Positions 30,671 through 41,109 of a stretch of DNA of 64,000 nt are shown piece after piece. Positions within the stretch are counted from its first letter, which is position 1; the number at the start of each line of letters is the position of its first letter. Source of the DNA: Vulcanimicrobiota bacterium. Its GTDB lineage: Bacteria > Vulcanimicrobiota > Vulcanimicrobiia > Eremiobacterales > Eremiobacteraceae. Below the pieces are notes generated by a model. It worked only from the letters and a program-made list of their open reading frames with translations. It did no database searches and was not told the origin of the DNA. The DNA lies in NCBI GenBank assembly GCA_963805945.1, contig CAWDVP010000003.1, positions 96,001-160,000 on the forward strand, written 5' to 3'. A program made the position numbers and the translations under genes.

Positions 30671-31249
30671 ATGAAGAAGATCGACGAAGCGCTCGCCAAG
30701 CGGCTGCCGCCCGGACAGTACGCCGTACGAGATTTTCCGGTGCTGCACGTCGGCGCGGTGCCGGCCTTCGATCCGAAGACCTGGCGCTTTCGCGTCTTTG
30801 GATCCGTCGACAACCCGTTTGAATTGGATTGGGAACGATTCACCGCGCTGCCCACGAAGACGGTGCGCACCGACATCCACTGCGTGACGCGCTGGACGAA
30901 GTTCGACACGACCTGGACGGGCGTGCCGTTCTCGGAGATCGCGAGACTCGCCCGCGTGCGATCCTCGGCGAAGTTCGCGGTCACGCTCGGCGCCAACGAG
31001 TACAGCGCGAATCTGCCGCTCGAGGTCGCCCTCGGCGACGACGTGTTGTTCGCGTATCTCTATGAAGGCAAACCGCTCGAGCCGATCCATGGCGGTCCGA
31101 TGCGCATGTTCGTGCCGGCCCGTTATTTCTGGAAGAGCACCAAGTGGTGCGATGGGGTGGAGTTCAGCGACGAGGACAAGCCCGGCTTCTGGGAGCAACG
31201 CGGCTACCACAACGACGGGGATCCGTGGCGGGAAGAGCGCTACTGGTAG
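30671..31249 (+). CDS. Sulfite-oxidase-like molybdopterin oxidoreductase (YuiH-like)
   Basis: RLPPGQ, DIHCVTRW, HGGPMR, YFWKSTKW, GFWEQRGYH. Confidence 0.9.
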   Translation: MKKIDEALAKRLPPGQYAVRDFPVLHVGAVPAFDPKTWRFRVFGSVDNPFELDWERFTALPTKTVRTDIHCVTRWTKFDTTWTGVPFSEIARLARVRSSAKFAVTLGANEYSANLPLEVALGDDVLFAYLYEGKPLEPIHGGPMRMFVPARYFWKSTKWCDGVEFSDEDKPGFWEQRGYHNDGDPWREERYW

Positions 31250-31456
31250 TTACGGAGCGGTCGTACCGGACTCGAATTCGGGCGGCCGGTTGGGGCTCGC
31301 CGGTTCGCGCTCGGCGACGGTGAATCCGGCCTCGAGCGCAGTGCGCTCGCAGGTCTCGCAGACCTTGACCGTATCGACGCGGCGCGGCTCGTGCCGGTGG
31401 GCGAATGAGTGGAGGCCGAGGTTCTTCTGGCTCCCACAGAAGGCGCATCGTGACAT
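31250..31456 (-). CDS. Small putative zinc-finger protein
   Basis: CAFC...CETC; fills the gap between genes. Confidence 0.55.
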   Translation of the reverse strand: MSRCAFCGSQKNLGLHSFAHRHEPRRVDTVKVCETCERTALEAGFTVAEREPASPNRPPEFESGTTAP

Positions 31457-31505
31457 TTCGCCTATATGACCGGATTTTCGCCCGGACGTTACAAAGAGAG
31501 CGGGC

Positions 31506-32438
31506 ATGCGAGCCGGCACTCCTACCCTAGTCGCAGCCATCGTCTGCGCAGCAGCGGCGACGTTCTTCGTGCTCCGGCCGTTCCAGGCAGCACTGCACGG
31601 CTGGCAGTTCGCGGTCGCCGCGGCGCTTGTCGGCGCGGTGCTGCTCCTGCAGGGCATCGCGGGCCTGCGCCCGCTCACCGACGAGGAACGTTTCGCGGCG
31701 CTCGGCGCGTTGGGCGGCGCTCTGCTGTGCGCGGCGATGGTCGCCGCAGCGTTCGCAGTCGGGCCGCCGCACGAGATCGCCGGTGCGCCCGGCCAAGCGA
31801 CCTCGGTGATGCCCGGGGCCAGCGTCTTCGTGGACTACCCGGCCGCGGCGGACGCGATGTTCGTACCGGGAGCCGCGCTCGTTCCCGTCGCCGTCGTCGC
31901 GGGCAACACGCGCAGCGAGTTGAACGACGGCGACCAGATGAAGGTGGGCCAGTACGTGCTGCGCGCCGAAGCTGGGCCGATGGCAAAGGTCCGCGCGACG
32001 TCGCCAAGCGGAGGCCGGGTCACCGTGACCCAGCCGCAAGGCGCTGCCTTCGTCTCGCCGTATCTGCTCTTCCCCGCGCGCAATGGCGCGCAGCGGCTTG
32101 ATCTCTTCGCGGTGCCGCCGCTGCACCGCACCGTCAACGTCGTCTACTACGATTCGTACCGCGACGACTCGCGCCACATCTCGATCCCGTCGCCGTTCGT
32201 GATCGTCCAAGTCGCCGAAGAGAACGGCGGCGAGCTCTTCCGCGGTGCGACGGTGAGCGGCAAGACCATCCACGGCGGCGGCGTGAACCTCACCTTTTTG
32301 ATCGGCCGGTATCCGCTCGTGATGCTCGGATCCGCGCCTGCCACGCTGCCATATATCGCGGGTCTGCTGATGCTGGTGGCAGGGCTTACCGGCCACATCA
32401 TCACCGTGCTGCGCGCACCGCAGCGGGCGAAAGCATGA
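31506..32438 (+). CDS. Hypothetical membrane protein with extracytoplasmic beta-rich domain
   Basis: Three N-terminal and one C-terminal hydrophobic helices; ATGA overlap with the next gene. Confidence 0.65.
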   Translation: MRAGTPTLVAAIVCAAAATFFVLRPFQAALHGWQFAVAAALVGAVLLLQGIAGLRPLTDEERFAALGALGGALLCAAMVAAAFAVGPPHEIAGAPGQATSVMPGASVFVDYPAAADAMFVPGAALVPVAVVAGNTRSELNDGDQMKVGQYVLRAEAGPMAKVRATSPSGGRVTVTQPQGAAFVSPYLLFPARNGAQRLDLFAVPPLHRTVNVVYYDSYRDDSRHISIPSPFVIVQVAEENGGELFRGATVSGKTIHGGGVNLTFLIGRYPLVMLGSAPATLPYIAGLLMLVAGLTGHIITVLRAPQRAKA

Positions 32439-34033
32439 CGTCCGCATTCGCGCGGTTCGGCGTCCTGCTATCGGCGCTCGCCGCGCTCGCGCTGCCGTCG
32501 GCGGCTCATGCCTCGCTCGAGTCGCCGCCTGAGGGCTTGCGCCGCACCACGCTGACGCTGAGCGACGTGCTCATGCGCTACAGCCAAGCGCTCGGGGCGG
32601 CGTCGCACGAGACGCGCTTCGAGCAGTGGCACGTGAGCGAGGGCGGGTTGTCCGGCACCTATGTCGAGCGGACGGAAGGGCTCGAGTACGCGGACCGGCT
32701 GGAACTCGGGCCGTTCGTCACCATGACCGGCAGGCATCAAGGGCAGGGTTGGAGCCAGGACGAGAACGGACTGACCGTGCTGCGGCAAGACATCCATCAG
32801 CGCACGACGATCAGCGAGCGCGCGGTGGAGTACGCGCTCGATCATCCCGAGGCGCCCGGTCAAGGTATCGAACTGCTCGGAGAATCATCAGCGCCTGTCG
32901 ATGCGTTCGTGGTCCAGATCCATCCGTCGGGCGGCCGTCTGGTATGGCTGTTCTTCGACGCCGGCAGCGGGCTGATCGACCGTGAGGAGAGCGTCGTCGC
33001 GGAGCGGCGCGTCGTGACGACCTACGACGATTTCCGGCGCGTCGGCGACACCACGCAGGCATGGCATCATCATGTGAGCGACGGCAGTCCGAATAACGAC
33101 GAGGACTGGACGCTGATCTCGCTGCGCTTCGACGAGCCGATCGCCGCGACGGAGTTCGAGATCCCCGCTGACCGGCGCGCGCTTGTGGAATTCCCCGCTG
33201 GGCAGACCTCTGTCCGGCTGCCTGCGCGCATCGTCAACGGCAAGGTGATCGTGCGGCTCACGGTGGCGGGCCGGGGCTTGGACTTCCTGCTCGACTCCGG
33301 CGCGAGCGACATCGTGTTCGACGCGAGCGTCGCGACGTCGATGCACCTGCAACAGTACGGCAGGACGACGCAGGAGATCGCCGGGCGCTTCGACCGCTCG
33401 CGCGCGATCATACCGGAGATACGCGTCGGTGATCTCCAGATGCACGACGTCGTCGTGTCGACGATCCCGTTCGAGCTGGCGTCCAATCCGGACACCAAGG
33501 TGGTCGGATTGCTGGGCTTCGATTTCTTCAAGGATGCCGTGGTGCGCGTGGATTATCACGCGGGCCGGGTGGACGCTTACGAACCGGCGCATTTCAGCCC
33601 GCCGGACGGTTCCTATACGCTGCCCGTGGCGCTTGACGACGGCGTGCCGCTGGTGAGCGCGGAGATCGGGGGCGCGCGTGGAGATCACTTCATCCTCGAC
33701 ACCGGCTCCTCGTTCACCATCCTGTTCTCCGCCTTTGCGGCGGACCACCCGCAGGCGGTGCGGGCCACTGGGATCCTCGGGCTCGGCGACGCCGCCCGCG
33801 AGCCGGTGGCGGGCGTCGGCGTCGGCGGCCTGATCAGCCTCACGCCGGGCGTCGTCAAGGTGATGCGCTTCGGCGGGGCGGAGTTCGACGACGTGCCGGT
33901 GTACGTCACGCGATCATCCCGCGCGCTCGAGCGCGAGGATGAGGACGGGCTGATCGGCGCGCCGACGCTGCAGCGCTTCGTGGTCTATTTCGACTACGCG
34001 CGCGGCCGCGTCGATCTTATCGCCGCGACCTGA
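32435..34033 (+). CDS. Secreted protein with two retropepsin-like aspartyl protease domains
   Basis: FLLDSGAS and FILDTGSS; GLLGFDF and GLIGAP. Confidence 0.85.
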   Translation: MTSAFARFGVLLSALAALALPSAAHASLESPPEGLRRTTLTLSDVLMRYSQALGAASHETRFEQWHVSEGGLSGTYVERTEGLEYADRLELGPFVTMTGRHQGQGWSQDENGLTVLRQDIHQRTTISERAVEYALDHPEAPGQGIELLGESSAPVDAFVVQIHPSGGRLVWLFFDAGSGLIDREESVVAERRVVTTYDDFRRVGDTTQAWHHHVSDGSPNNDEDWTLISLRFDEPIAATEFEIPADRRALVEFPAGQTSVRLPARIVNGKVIVRLTVAGRGLDFLLDSGASDIVFDASVATSMHLQQYGRTTQEIAGRFDRSRAIIPEIRVGDLQMHDVVVSTIPFELASNPDTKVVGLLGFDFFKDAVVRVDYHAGRVDAYEPAHFSPPDGSYTLPVALDDGVPLVSAEIGGARGDHFILDTGSSFTILFSAFAADHPQAVRATGILGLGDAAREPVAGVGVGGLISLTPGVVKVMRFGGAEFDDVPVYVTRSSRALEREDEDGLIGAPTLQRFVVYFDYARGRVDLIAAT

Positions 34034-34041
34034 CCGCGACC

Positions 34042-34068
34042 TATGGAGCGGTCGAATTCATTCGACCG
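34042..34068 (+). repeat. GGAG-type REP-like palindrome
   Basis: TATGGAG-CGGTCGAA-TTCA-TTCGACCG. Confidence 0.8.
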
Positions 34069-34082
34069 CAAGGAGACCTCGA

Positions 34083-35289
34083 ATGCCGAAGTCCGTTGCC
34101 TCTCGCACGATCGTCAGCGCCAAACTGCTCGTGCCGAGCGCGCGCGGCAAAGCGCTGACCGCAGCCGCCGTGCTCATCGAAGACAGGCGCATCAAGGCGA
34201 TCGGGCCGCGCGCGCGGATCGAGCGGCTCGCGCGGGGCGCGACGAGGATCGACGCGTCGCGCTTCACCATCATGCCGGGCATGATCAACCTGCACGCCCA
34301 CCTCGATTCGGATTGCGGTCCCGACTTCTTGGTCTCCGCGATCATGCTCAGCGAACAGGCGTCGGTGCTCCTGTCGGTGGACAGCGCGCGCCGCACTTTG
34401 AGCGCAGGCGTCACGACCGTGCGCGACCTCGGCACGAAATACGCCTGCTGCCATCGCGGTGCGCGACGCGATCGCGCACGGCTGGGTGACAGGGCCGCGT
34501 ATCCTGTCGGCGGGCAAGCTGGTGTGCATGACCGGCGGACACGGCTGGTTCATCGGCCACGAGTCCGACGGACCCGACGAGATCCGCAAGAGCGTGCGGC
34601 AGAACCTGAAGCGCGGCGCCGACTGCATCAAGGTGATCGCCACCGGCGGCGTGCTGTCGCCGGGCGTCGAGGTGGGCGCGTCGCAGCTCGACCCCGACGA
34701 ATTGGAGATGGCCGTGCGCGAGGCGCACAAGGCCGACCGCCGCGTCGCCGCACACGCCATCGGCAACCAGGGCATCAAGAACGCGCTGCGCGCGGGCGTC
34801 GACACGATCGAGCATGGCTGCTATCTCGACGCCGAGGCTATCGCGTTGTTCAAGAAGCACGGCGCGACCTACGTGCCGACGCTGTGCGCGCCGCATTTCC
34901 TCATGGCGAACCTCGACGTGGTGCCGCCGCATGTGGTGCGCAAGACGAAGCAGGTGTACGACGCGCATCGCGAGAGCTTCAGGCTGGCGCTGCGCAAGGG
35001 CGTCACCATCGCCGCCGGCACGGATGCCGGCACGCCGTTCAATTACCATGACGCGTTCGCCACGGAGCTCGAGCTCATGACCGGGCTCGGCATGAGCCGC
35101 GAGGCCGCGCTCGACGCCGCGACCGCCGGCGCGGCGAAGGCGGCGGGTCTCGCCGATGCCGGCACGCTGGCAGAAGGCATGTCCGCCGACCTGGTGCTGC
35201 TCGAGGGCGATCCGCGCAAGGATATCTCCGCGACGAAGCGCGTGCGCGGCGTGATGGTGCGCGGCGCGTTCAGCTGGACGGGGGCGTAG
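34083..35289 (+). CDS. Amidohydrolase (Xaa-Pro dipeptidase-like), frameshift near 34445
   Basis: MPGMINLHAHL, GVTTVRDLG; then IKVIATGG, AAHAIG, TIEHG, AGTDAG. Confidence 0.88.
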
Positions 35290-36924
35290 GTGCGATATCT
35301 GGTCATCGTGCTGGCAGCCGCGGCGCTGCTGAGCGGCTGCACGAAGATATCCACCAGCACCGGGCCGGGGACCGGCGGCAACCCATGGACGCATCATGGC
35401 GTCTTGCGCATGGGGTCGTACGAGGATCTCGACAACCTCAATCCGATACTGTCGACCGAGCTCTTCGTCACCGATGTGTGCCAGCTGATCTATTCCGGTC
35501 TCATCGACTATGACGATCACGGCGAGGCCATTCCCGACGTGGCGCTGGCCGTGCCGAGCCGCGCCAACGGCGGGATTTCGGCGGACGGCACGACGATCGT
35601 CTACCATCTGCGTCACGGCGTCACGTTCTCCGACGGCGTGCCGCTGACGTCGGCGGACGTCAAGTACACGTGGCAGCAGATCGTGAACACGAAGAACAAC
35701 GCCGCCACGCGCTATCCATACGAAGTCATCGCCGGCGTGGACACGCCCGACGCGTACACGGTCGTCGTGCATCTGCGCGAACCGTTCTCGCCCTTCGTCG
35801 GCTACTTCATGCGCAACGGCACGGTCGGCTCCATCCTGCCGAAGCATGTGCTCGCGTCCTATCCTGATCTCAACCGCATCCCGTTCAATATCCATCCGGT
35901 CGGCAGCGGTCCTTTCGTCGTCGACCGCTGGCAGCCGGGCGTTCAGCTCAGCTTGAGCGCGAACCCGAACTACTGGCGCGGCCGGCCGAAGCTCAAGCGG
36001 ATCGAGTATCGCATCATCCCCAATCAGAACACGCTGCTCACGCAGATGGGCACGCATGAGGTCGACTTCTACTTCCTCGCGCCGGAAGCGCAGTATTCAC
36101 AGCTCAAGCAGATGCAAGGGGTGCGCGTGACCGCGCGGCCCAACCTGACCTTCGAGCACATCAACTTCAACTGCGTGAAGCCGCCGCTCGACGATATCCG
36201 CGTGCGCCAGGCGATCGCCTATGCGATCGATTGGAACCGGCTGCGCGACGACGTATACCTCGGGCTCGGTGCGCAGGGCATGTCGGACATCTGGCCGACC
36301 TCGTGGGCGTATGCCGCGGACGTCCTACCCTACCCGCACGATCCGGCCCGCGCACGTTCGCTGCTGGCGGCGGCCGGCTGGCAGCCCGACGGCAAGGGCG
36401 GGCTCGTAAAGAACGGCGAGACGTTCGCGATCACGATCAGTACGGTGGCCGGCGTGACGTCGCGCGCCAAGGCCGAACTGCTCATCCAGCAGGACCTCAA
36501 GGCGGTGGGCATCGACCTGAGCGTCCACAACAATCCGGCCAACATCTTGTTCGCGCCGTACGGCGCCGGCGGCATGCTCGCACGCGGCCAATTCGACATC
36601 GCGCTCTTCGCCTGGAGCTACGGCGTGCCGGAGCCCGATGACACGCAGACGCTTGGCGCCGACCAGATCCCGCCGGCGGGCGAGAACTACACGTTCTGCG
36701 CGGATCCGGTGCTCGACGCGATGCAGAAAGGCGCGCGCACCCACTACGATCGCGCGACGCGGCGCTCGTACCTGGTGCGCTTGCAGCAGCGCGAACACGA
36801 GCTCGTGCCGCGTTACACCATCGTGTGGCGCGCGAACATCAACGCGGTGAACTCAGATATGAAGAACTTCAAGCCGGCCCCGGCGGTGAGCGACTTCTGG
36901 AATTCCTGGGAGTGGGATATCTAG
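35290..36924 (+). CDS. ABC peptide/nickel substrate-binding lipoprotein (SBP family 5)
   Basis: Lipobox LSGC, LRHGVTFSDG, PVGSGPF, VRQAIAYAID. Confidence 0.92.
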   Translation: MRYLVIVLAAAALLSGCTKISTSTGPGTGGNPWTHHGVLRMGSYEDLDNLNPILSTELFVTDVCQLIYSGLIDYDDHGEAIPDVALAVPSRANGGISADGTTIVYHLRHGVTFSDGVPLTSADVKYTWQQIVNTKNNAATRYPYEVIAGVDTPDAYTVVVHLREPFSPFVGYFMRNGTVGSILPKHVLASYPDLNRIPFNIHPVGSGPFVVDRWQPGVQLSLSANPNYWRGRPKLKRIEYRIIPNQNTLLTQMGTHEVDFYFLAPEAQYSQLKQMQGVRVTARPNLTFEHINFNCVKPPLDDIRVRQAIAYAIDWNRLRDDVYLGLGAQGMSDIWPTSWAYAADVLPYPHDPARARSLLAAAGWQPDGKGGLVKNGETFAITISTVAGVTSRAKAELLIQQDLKAVGIDLSVHNNPANILFAPYGAGGMLARGQFDIALFAWSYGVPEPDDTQTLGADQIPPAGENYTFCADPVLDAMQKGARTHYDRATRRSYLVRLQQREHELVPRYTIVWRANINAVNSDMKNFKPAPAVSDFWNSWEWDI

Positions 36925-36929
36925 CCGGA

Positions 36930-37973
36930 CTACATCACCAGCGCGAGCTTGCCGAGGAACTCACCCGTCACCAAGCGCTCAAAGGCCTTGCGGCCCTGGT
37001 CCAGCGGATACTCCGCGTCGATGACCGGTTTGATGCCCGCGCGTTCGACGAAGCGCAGCAACGCCGCGAACTCGAGCGGCGATCCCATGCTCGTGCCCGC
37101 GATCGTGATCTGACGCCAGAAGACGCGCGCGAGATCGGCGGGCGGATTCGGCCCGCCGGTCGCGCCGGGGACGACGACCGTGCCGCCCTGGCGCACGCAA
37201 CGCATGCTCGTTCCCCACGTAGGCTCGCCGACCGAATCGATGACCGCGTCGACGCCGTCGCCTCCCGTGAGCTTGAGCACGGCCTTTGCGGCCTCTTTGC
37301 CGGCGAGCAACCCTGCGATTGCGCCCTGGCGCTTGGCGAATTCGAGCTTGGCCTCCGAGCGCGACGAAGCGATCGCGTTGATGCCGGCAGCCGCGGCGAG
37401 CTCGATCGCCGCGGTGGCCAACCCGCCGCTTGCGCCCTGCACGAGCACCCAGCCGCCTGGCCGCAGCTGCGCTTTGTTGAACAGCGCGCGATACGCGGTG
37501 AGGTACGTCGTGCCGAGCGCCGCGGTCTGCGAGAACGAGAGCGCTTTCGGCTTGGGCAGCACCGCAGAGGCCGGCACGACGACGTATTCAGCGAAGGACC
37601 CTTCTCTGTCGCCGTCGCTGAGCAGCGTGAAGGTGCGGCACAGCATGAGGTCGCCGCCCTGGCAGCCGCGACAGTGCCCGCAGAATCGTACGGGGTAGAC
37701 CGCGACCTCCGCGCCGACGGGCGGTGCGCCCTCGGGCGGGTCGCCGCCGTACGCCTCGACGATGCCCGCGGCGTCGCAGCCGAGTATGCGCGGGGGCGTG
37801 ATCGGGTAACCGACGACGCCGCGCAGCGTGAAATAATCGTGATGGTTCACCGTCGCAGCGCGCACCCGGACCAGGGCCTCGCCGGGGCCAGGCCGCGGGG
37901 CGGGCCGCTCGCCGAACTCGAGATTCGCGAGCGGCGCGTCGCCGCCCAACGCGGTGGCATACAGAGCGCGCAT
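36930..37973 (-). CDS. Zinc-binding alcohol dehydrogenase family oxidoreductase
   Basis: ILGCDAAG, CGHCRGC...C, VQGASGG, GKLAL. Confidence 0.88.
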   Translation of the reverse strand: MRALYATALGGDAPLANLEFGERPAPRPGPGEALVRVRAATVNHHDYFTLRGVVGYPITPPRILGCDAAGIVEAYGGDPPEGAPPVGAEVAVYPVRFCGHCRGCQGGDLMLCRTFTLLSDGDREGSFAEYVVVPASAVLPKPKALSFSQTAALGTTYLTAYRALFNKAQLRPGGWVLVQGASGGLATAAIELAAAAGINAIASSRSEAKLEFAKRQGAIAGLLAGKEAAKAVLKLTGGDGVDAVIDSVGEPTWGTSMRCVRQGGTVVVPGATGGPNPPADLARVFWRQITIAGTSMGSPLEFAALLRFVERAGIKPVIDAEYPLDQGRKAFERLVTGEFLGKLALVM

Positions 37974-37974
37974 C

Positions 37975-39291
37975 CTATGGAGACCTCCGTGGTGCGATGA
38001 GGACGTTGGTCGGATAGCCGCATGTCGGCGCCGGTTCGCCGATGCGCCGGAGCGTGTGGGTGTCGAAGACGTCGACGCGATCGTCACGGGCGCTGGGCAC
38101 GTACAGCCGGCCGGCGTCGGCGTCCACCTTCGGAGTCCAGGGAAGTCTCCCCGTGGGCAGCGCGGCGATGCGCCGCATCGTGGGCAGCTCGAAGACGATG
38201 ACGTTGGAATCGCCCTCGTTAGTGACGAAGAGCCGGCCGGCACGGGAATCCACGGCCGCGCCGATGGGCAGCGCGTTCTTCGACCCGGTATCCACCGACC
38301 CGCCCAGCCGCAACAGCGACGGCAGCGCGAACATCTCGACGCCGGAGTGGGAGCGGGCGCCGCTCAGGTACGGCGTGTCGTTGTCGGTGACGAAGAGCAG
38401 GCGTCGCGTCGCGTCGAGCGCGATGCCGAACGGGCGCGTGCCTGTGGCGACCCGATCGATGATGCGCGCGCCGCCCCGGCCGTCGAACGAATATCGCAAC
38501 ACCTCATCGCTGTTGATGTTGGTCACGTAGAAGATGCGCCCGCCCGGTTCGGCGACGATCCCCTCGGGCGTCTCGCCTGCGGCGACCGAGCCTGCGGCGA
38601 GCGGCCGGCCATCGACGATGCGGAAGAAGAAGACGCCCGGCGCGCCCTTCGCCGCGAGATTGTCGGTCACCGCGAAATAGCCGCCGGCTAGCGCGGCCGC
38701 GCCACTGAAGCGCGAACCCTGCATCGGCTCCGACGGCGTGGCGCGCATCGTGCGCAGGTCCACCGCCATCACGCGTTCTTTCGCCGCGACGAGCACGAGT
38801 CCGCGCTGCGCGTCGACCGCCATCCCTGCGGGCAGCTCGGGCGCGAGCAGCATGCCGCTGCGCCGCAATGAGGCGGCCTCACGGACGTCGAGCGATGCTT
38901 CTTCATAACACGAGACGAGTACGAGGGGCACATCAGGCGGGGCACTGTCGACGCGGACGCGAGCCGACGCGGCGACCGCTCCGGCCTGCGCGACGACCGT
39001 CACCGCCCCGCTCGCCTCCAGGGGCGCTGCGTAGACGCCGCTCTCCGAGATCGTGCCCGGGCCGACCACGCTCCAACGCACGGGCGCTTTGCCGTCACCG
39101 CCGACGAGCGTCGCATGCATCGCGATCGACGAGCCCGCGAACACCGACGCGTCGGCGGGCGAGATCTCGATGCGCGTCGGCAGCGAGAGCGCATGCTGCT
39201 GCGCGACGTAGGCGGAGAGACCGGCGCTGATGACGACGGCGACCCCGAGACCGACGAGAGCCGGCTTCAGCGAACCAGTCCGACGACGCAC
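37975..39291 (-). CDS. Ig-like plus YncE/YVTN beta-propeller protein
   Basis: EISPADASV, GVYAAP; repeated TG..P.GI...D....L(F/Y)V. Confidence 0.75.
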   Translation of the reverse strand: MRRRTGSLKPALVGLGVAVVISAGLSAYVAQQHALSLPTRIEISPADASVFAGSSIAMHATLVGGDGKAPVRWSVVGPGTISESGVYAAPLEASGAVTVVAQAGAVAASARVRVDSAPPDVPLVLVSCYEEASLDVREAASLRRSGMLLAPELPAGMAVDAQRGLVLVAAKERVMAVDLRTMRATPSEPMQGSRFSGAAALAGGYFAVTDNLAAKGAPGVFFFRIVDGRPLAAGSVAAGETPEGIVAEPGGRIFYVTNINSDEVLRYSFDGRGGARIIDRVATGTRPFGIALDATRRLLFVTDNDTPYLSGARSHSGVEMFALPSLLRLGGSVDTGSKNALPIGAAVDSRAGRLFVTNEGDSNVIVFELPTMRRIAALPTGRLPWTPKVDADAGRLYVPSARDDRVDVFDTHTLRRIGEPAPTCGYPTNVLIAPRRSP

Positions 39292-39917
39292 GATACGATG
39301 GCCGCGGTGCCGACGATGGCGCCGACCACGAGCAGCGCGGGCCGTTTCGCCATCACCGCGATCGACGCGAGCACGATGGAGACCTGGAACAAGGCGACGG
39401 CGATGTCGAACGCGAGCTTCTTGCGCTCGGTGACGCGCATCTGGTCCAACAGATCCGATCGTTCAGCTTCGAACTGTCGCGCTTGTGTCCCCAAGGCCAC
39501 CTGGCGCGTGCGGTACTTGCGCTGCTCGGCGTCGAAGCGAGCGCGGATGGCGGCGGTCGCCGCGACCACAGAGAATTCGGAGGCGAGATGCGCCTTGAGG
39601 CTGTCGGCCTGGTATTCCGCCCACGTGTCCGATGCTTTGGTCTGGGCGAGCACCGCTTCGTTGCCGTGTTGCAGCAGGGAATCGGCAAGCCTGCCACCGT
39701 AGAGGCTCGACAGGCCCGCCGCAACGGCAAGGATGGCGACGGCCAAGGGGACATAGCGGAGCGACTCGTGCGGCACGCCCTCCTTTTCGAGGAGTTCGCG
39801 CGCGTGCTCGGCGTGTTCCAGACCTTCGTGGGCGAGATAGTCAGGCACGGCCGGCTCTAGTTCGGGCGCTGGGCTTGCCTGGCCTTCGAGGGGCCGGCGG
39901 GGACGAGCGGGGTTCAT
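39267..39917 (-). CDS. DUF4337-like membrane protein
   Basis: ASDTWAEYQADSLK, ALFQVSIVLASIA; start uncertain. Confidence 0.7.
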   Translation of the reverse strand: MNPARPRRPLEGQASPAPELEPAVPDYLAHEGLEHAEHARELLEKEGVPHESLRYVPLAVAILAVAAGLSSLYGGRLADSLLQHGNEAVLAQTKASDTWAEYQADSLKAHLASEFSVVAATAAIRARFDAEQRKYRTRQVALGTQARQFEAERSDLLDQMRVTERKKLAFDIAVALFQVSIVLASIAVMAKRPALLVVGAIVGTAAIVSCVVGLVR

Positions 39918-39994
39918 CCGTGATGCGCCGCACGCCCGAGTTTGCCGATACACACTATACTAATACCACCGACCCGTCCGAGGTGAGCTGACCG

Positions 39995-40486
39995 ATGAAC
40001 AACCTCCTCCGATCCGTCCTCTGCCTGGCGTTCGTCGCCGTCCTGGCGGCGCCGGCGCTGGCAGCGCCGAAGGTCGCTCCCGCTGACGAGTACTTCGGAA
40101 AATTGAAGATCAGCGCGCTCGGCATCGACAACATGATCCGCGACACCGACGTGCGCGAGTCGTTCGACCCCACTCAGGCTTCGCGGCTCTACGGCGCGCT
40201 CATGAACGCCGAGGACGCGCTGCTCGATTGGGCGAGCAAGTACCCGCAGGACTCGTGGATCCCCAAGCGCGCCTATCTCTTGTCGCACCTCTTCTGGCGG
40301 ATGAACACGCCCGAGGCGACGGCTGCGGCGGAGAAATGCCGCGGCGTGATCTTCAAGTATTTTCCCACGAACCATTACGCCGCGCTTGCCAAGAGCGAGA
40401 CGGCAAGCTCCTTCCTGGCCTCCCTGACGTCGTCGACGGCAGCGATCTCAAGTCCGTCGCCGCAGCCCGCTCCCACCACTAAATAA
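39995..40486 (+). CDS. Secreted hypothetical protein ('APADEYFG' family)
   Basis: Signal peptide; APADEYFGKLKISALGI, WASKYPQDSWIP. Confidence 0.75.
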   Translation: MNNLLRSVLCLAFVAVLAAPALAAPKVAPADEYFGKLKISALGIDNMIRDTDVRESFDPTQASRLYGALMNAEDALLDWASKYPQDSWIPKRAYLLSHLFWRMNTPEATAAAEKCRGVIFKYFPTNHYAALAKSETASSFLASLTSSTAAISSPSPQPAPTTK

Positions 40487-40527
40487 AAGCGCGGAGGCCC
40501 TCCACCGGACGGCGCGAAGCACGAGGC

Positions 40528-41100
40528 ATGCGTGTTCCTTTCAGCGCGGCGCTGGCGGCGCTCACGCTCGTGGCGTCGAGCGGCGCGGCCTCGGCGGCGT
40601 CAGCGCCGGTCGACTCCGGGAAATGGCTCGAGATCCAGATCGTCGCTCAGCCGCTGCGCCCGCCCGCGCAGGCGCCGGCCGACGAGTACTTCGGCGTGCA
40701 GCGGCTCAGCAATCTTGGCATCCGCAGCATGCTCCACGATATGATGATCGAGGGGACGTCGCCGCTGGCGCTGCCGCTGCAGATGCAGCGCATAGCGGGC
40801 ATCGAGTCCGCCTTTCCGCCGTGGCTCGAGAAGTATCCCGACGACAGCTGGCTGCCCCGCGAGATGATCGACTTCGCGATCTTCCTCCAAAGCAAGCAGC
40901 AGCCGTTCACCGACGATCTCGCCGCAGGCTATCTAATGTACTTGAGCCTGCGCTTTCCGACAGCGTCCGCCGGCAGGACGGCCGCGAAGATGCTCGCCGC
41001 ATACGAGCCGGTCGCGCCGTTCGACATCTTGACCATTCCGAATCCGGCGCTACACACGAACGTGCCGGACTACATGTTCCCGAAGATCCGCCGCCGCTAA
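40528..41100 (+). CDS. Secreted hypothetical protein ('APADEYFG' family)
   Basis: Signal peptide; APADEYFGVQRLSNLGI, WLEKYPDDSWLP. Confidence 0.75.
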   Translation: MRVPFSAALAALTLVASSGAASAASAPVDSGKWLEIQIVAQPLRPPAQAPADEYFGVQRLSNLGIRSMLHDMMIEGTSPLALPLQMQRIAGIESAFPPWLEKYPDDSWLPREMIDFAIFLQSKQQPFTDDLAAGYLMYLSLRFPTASAGRTAAKMLAAYEPVAPFDILTIPNPALHTNVPDYMFPKIRRR

Positions 41101-41109
41101 GCTTTCCGG

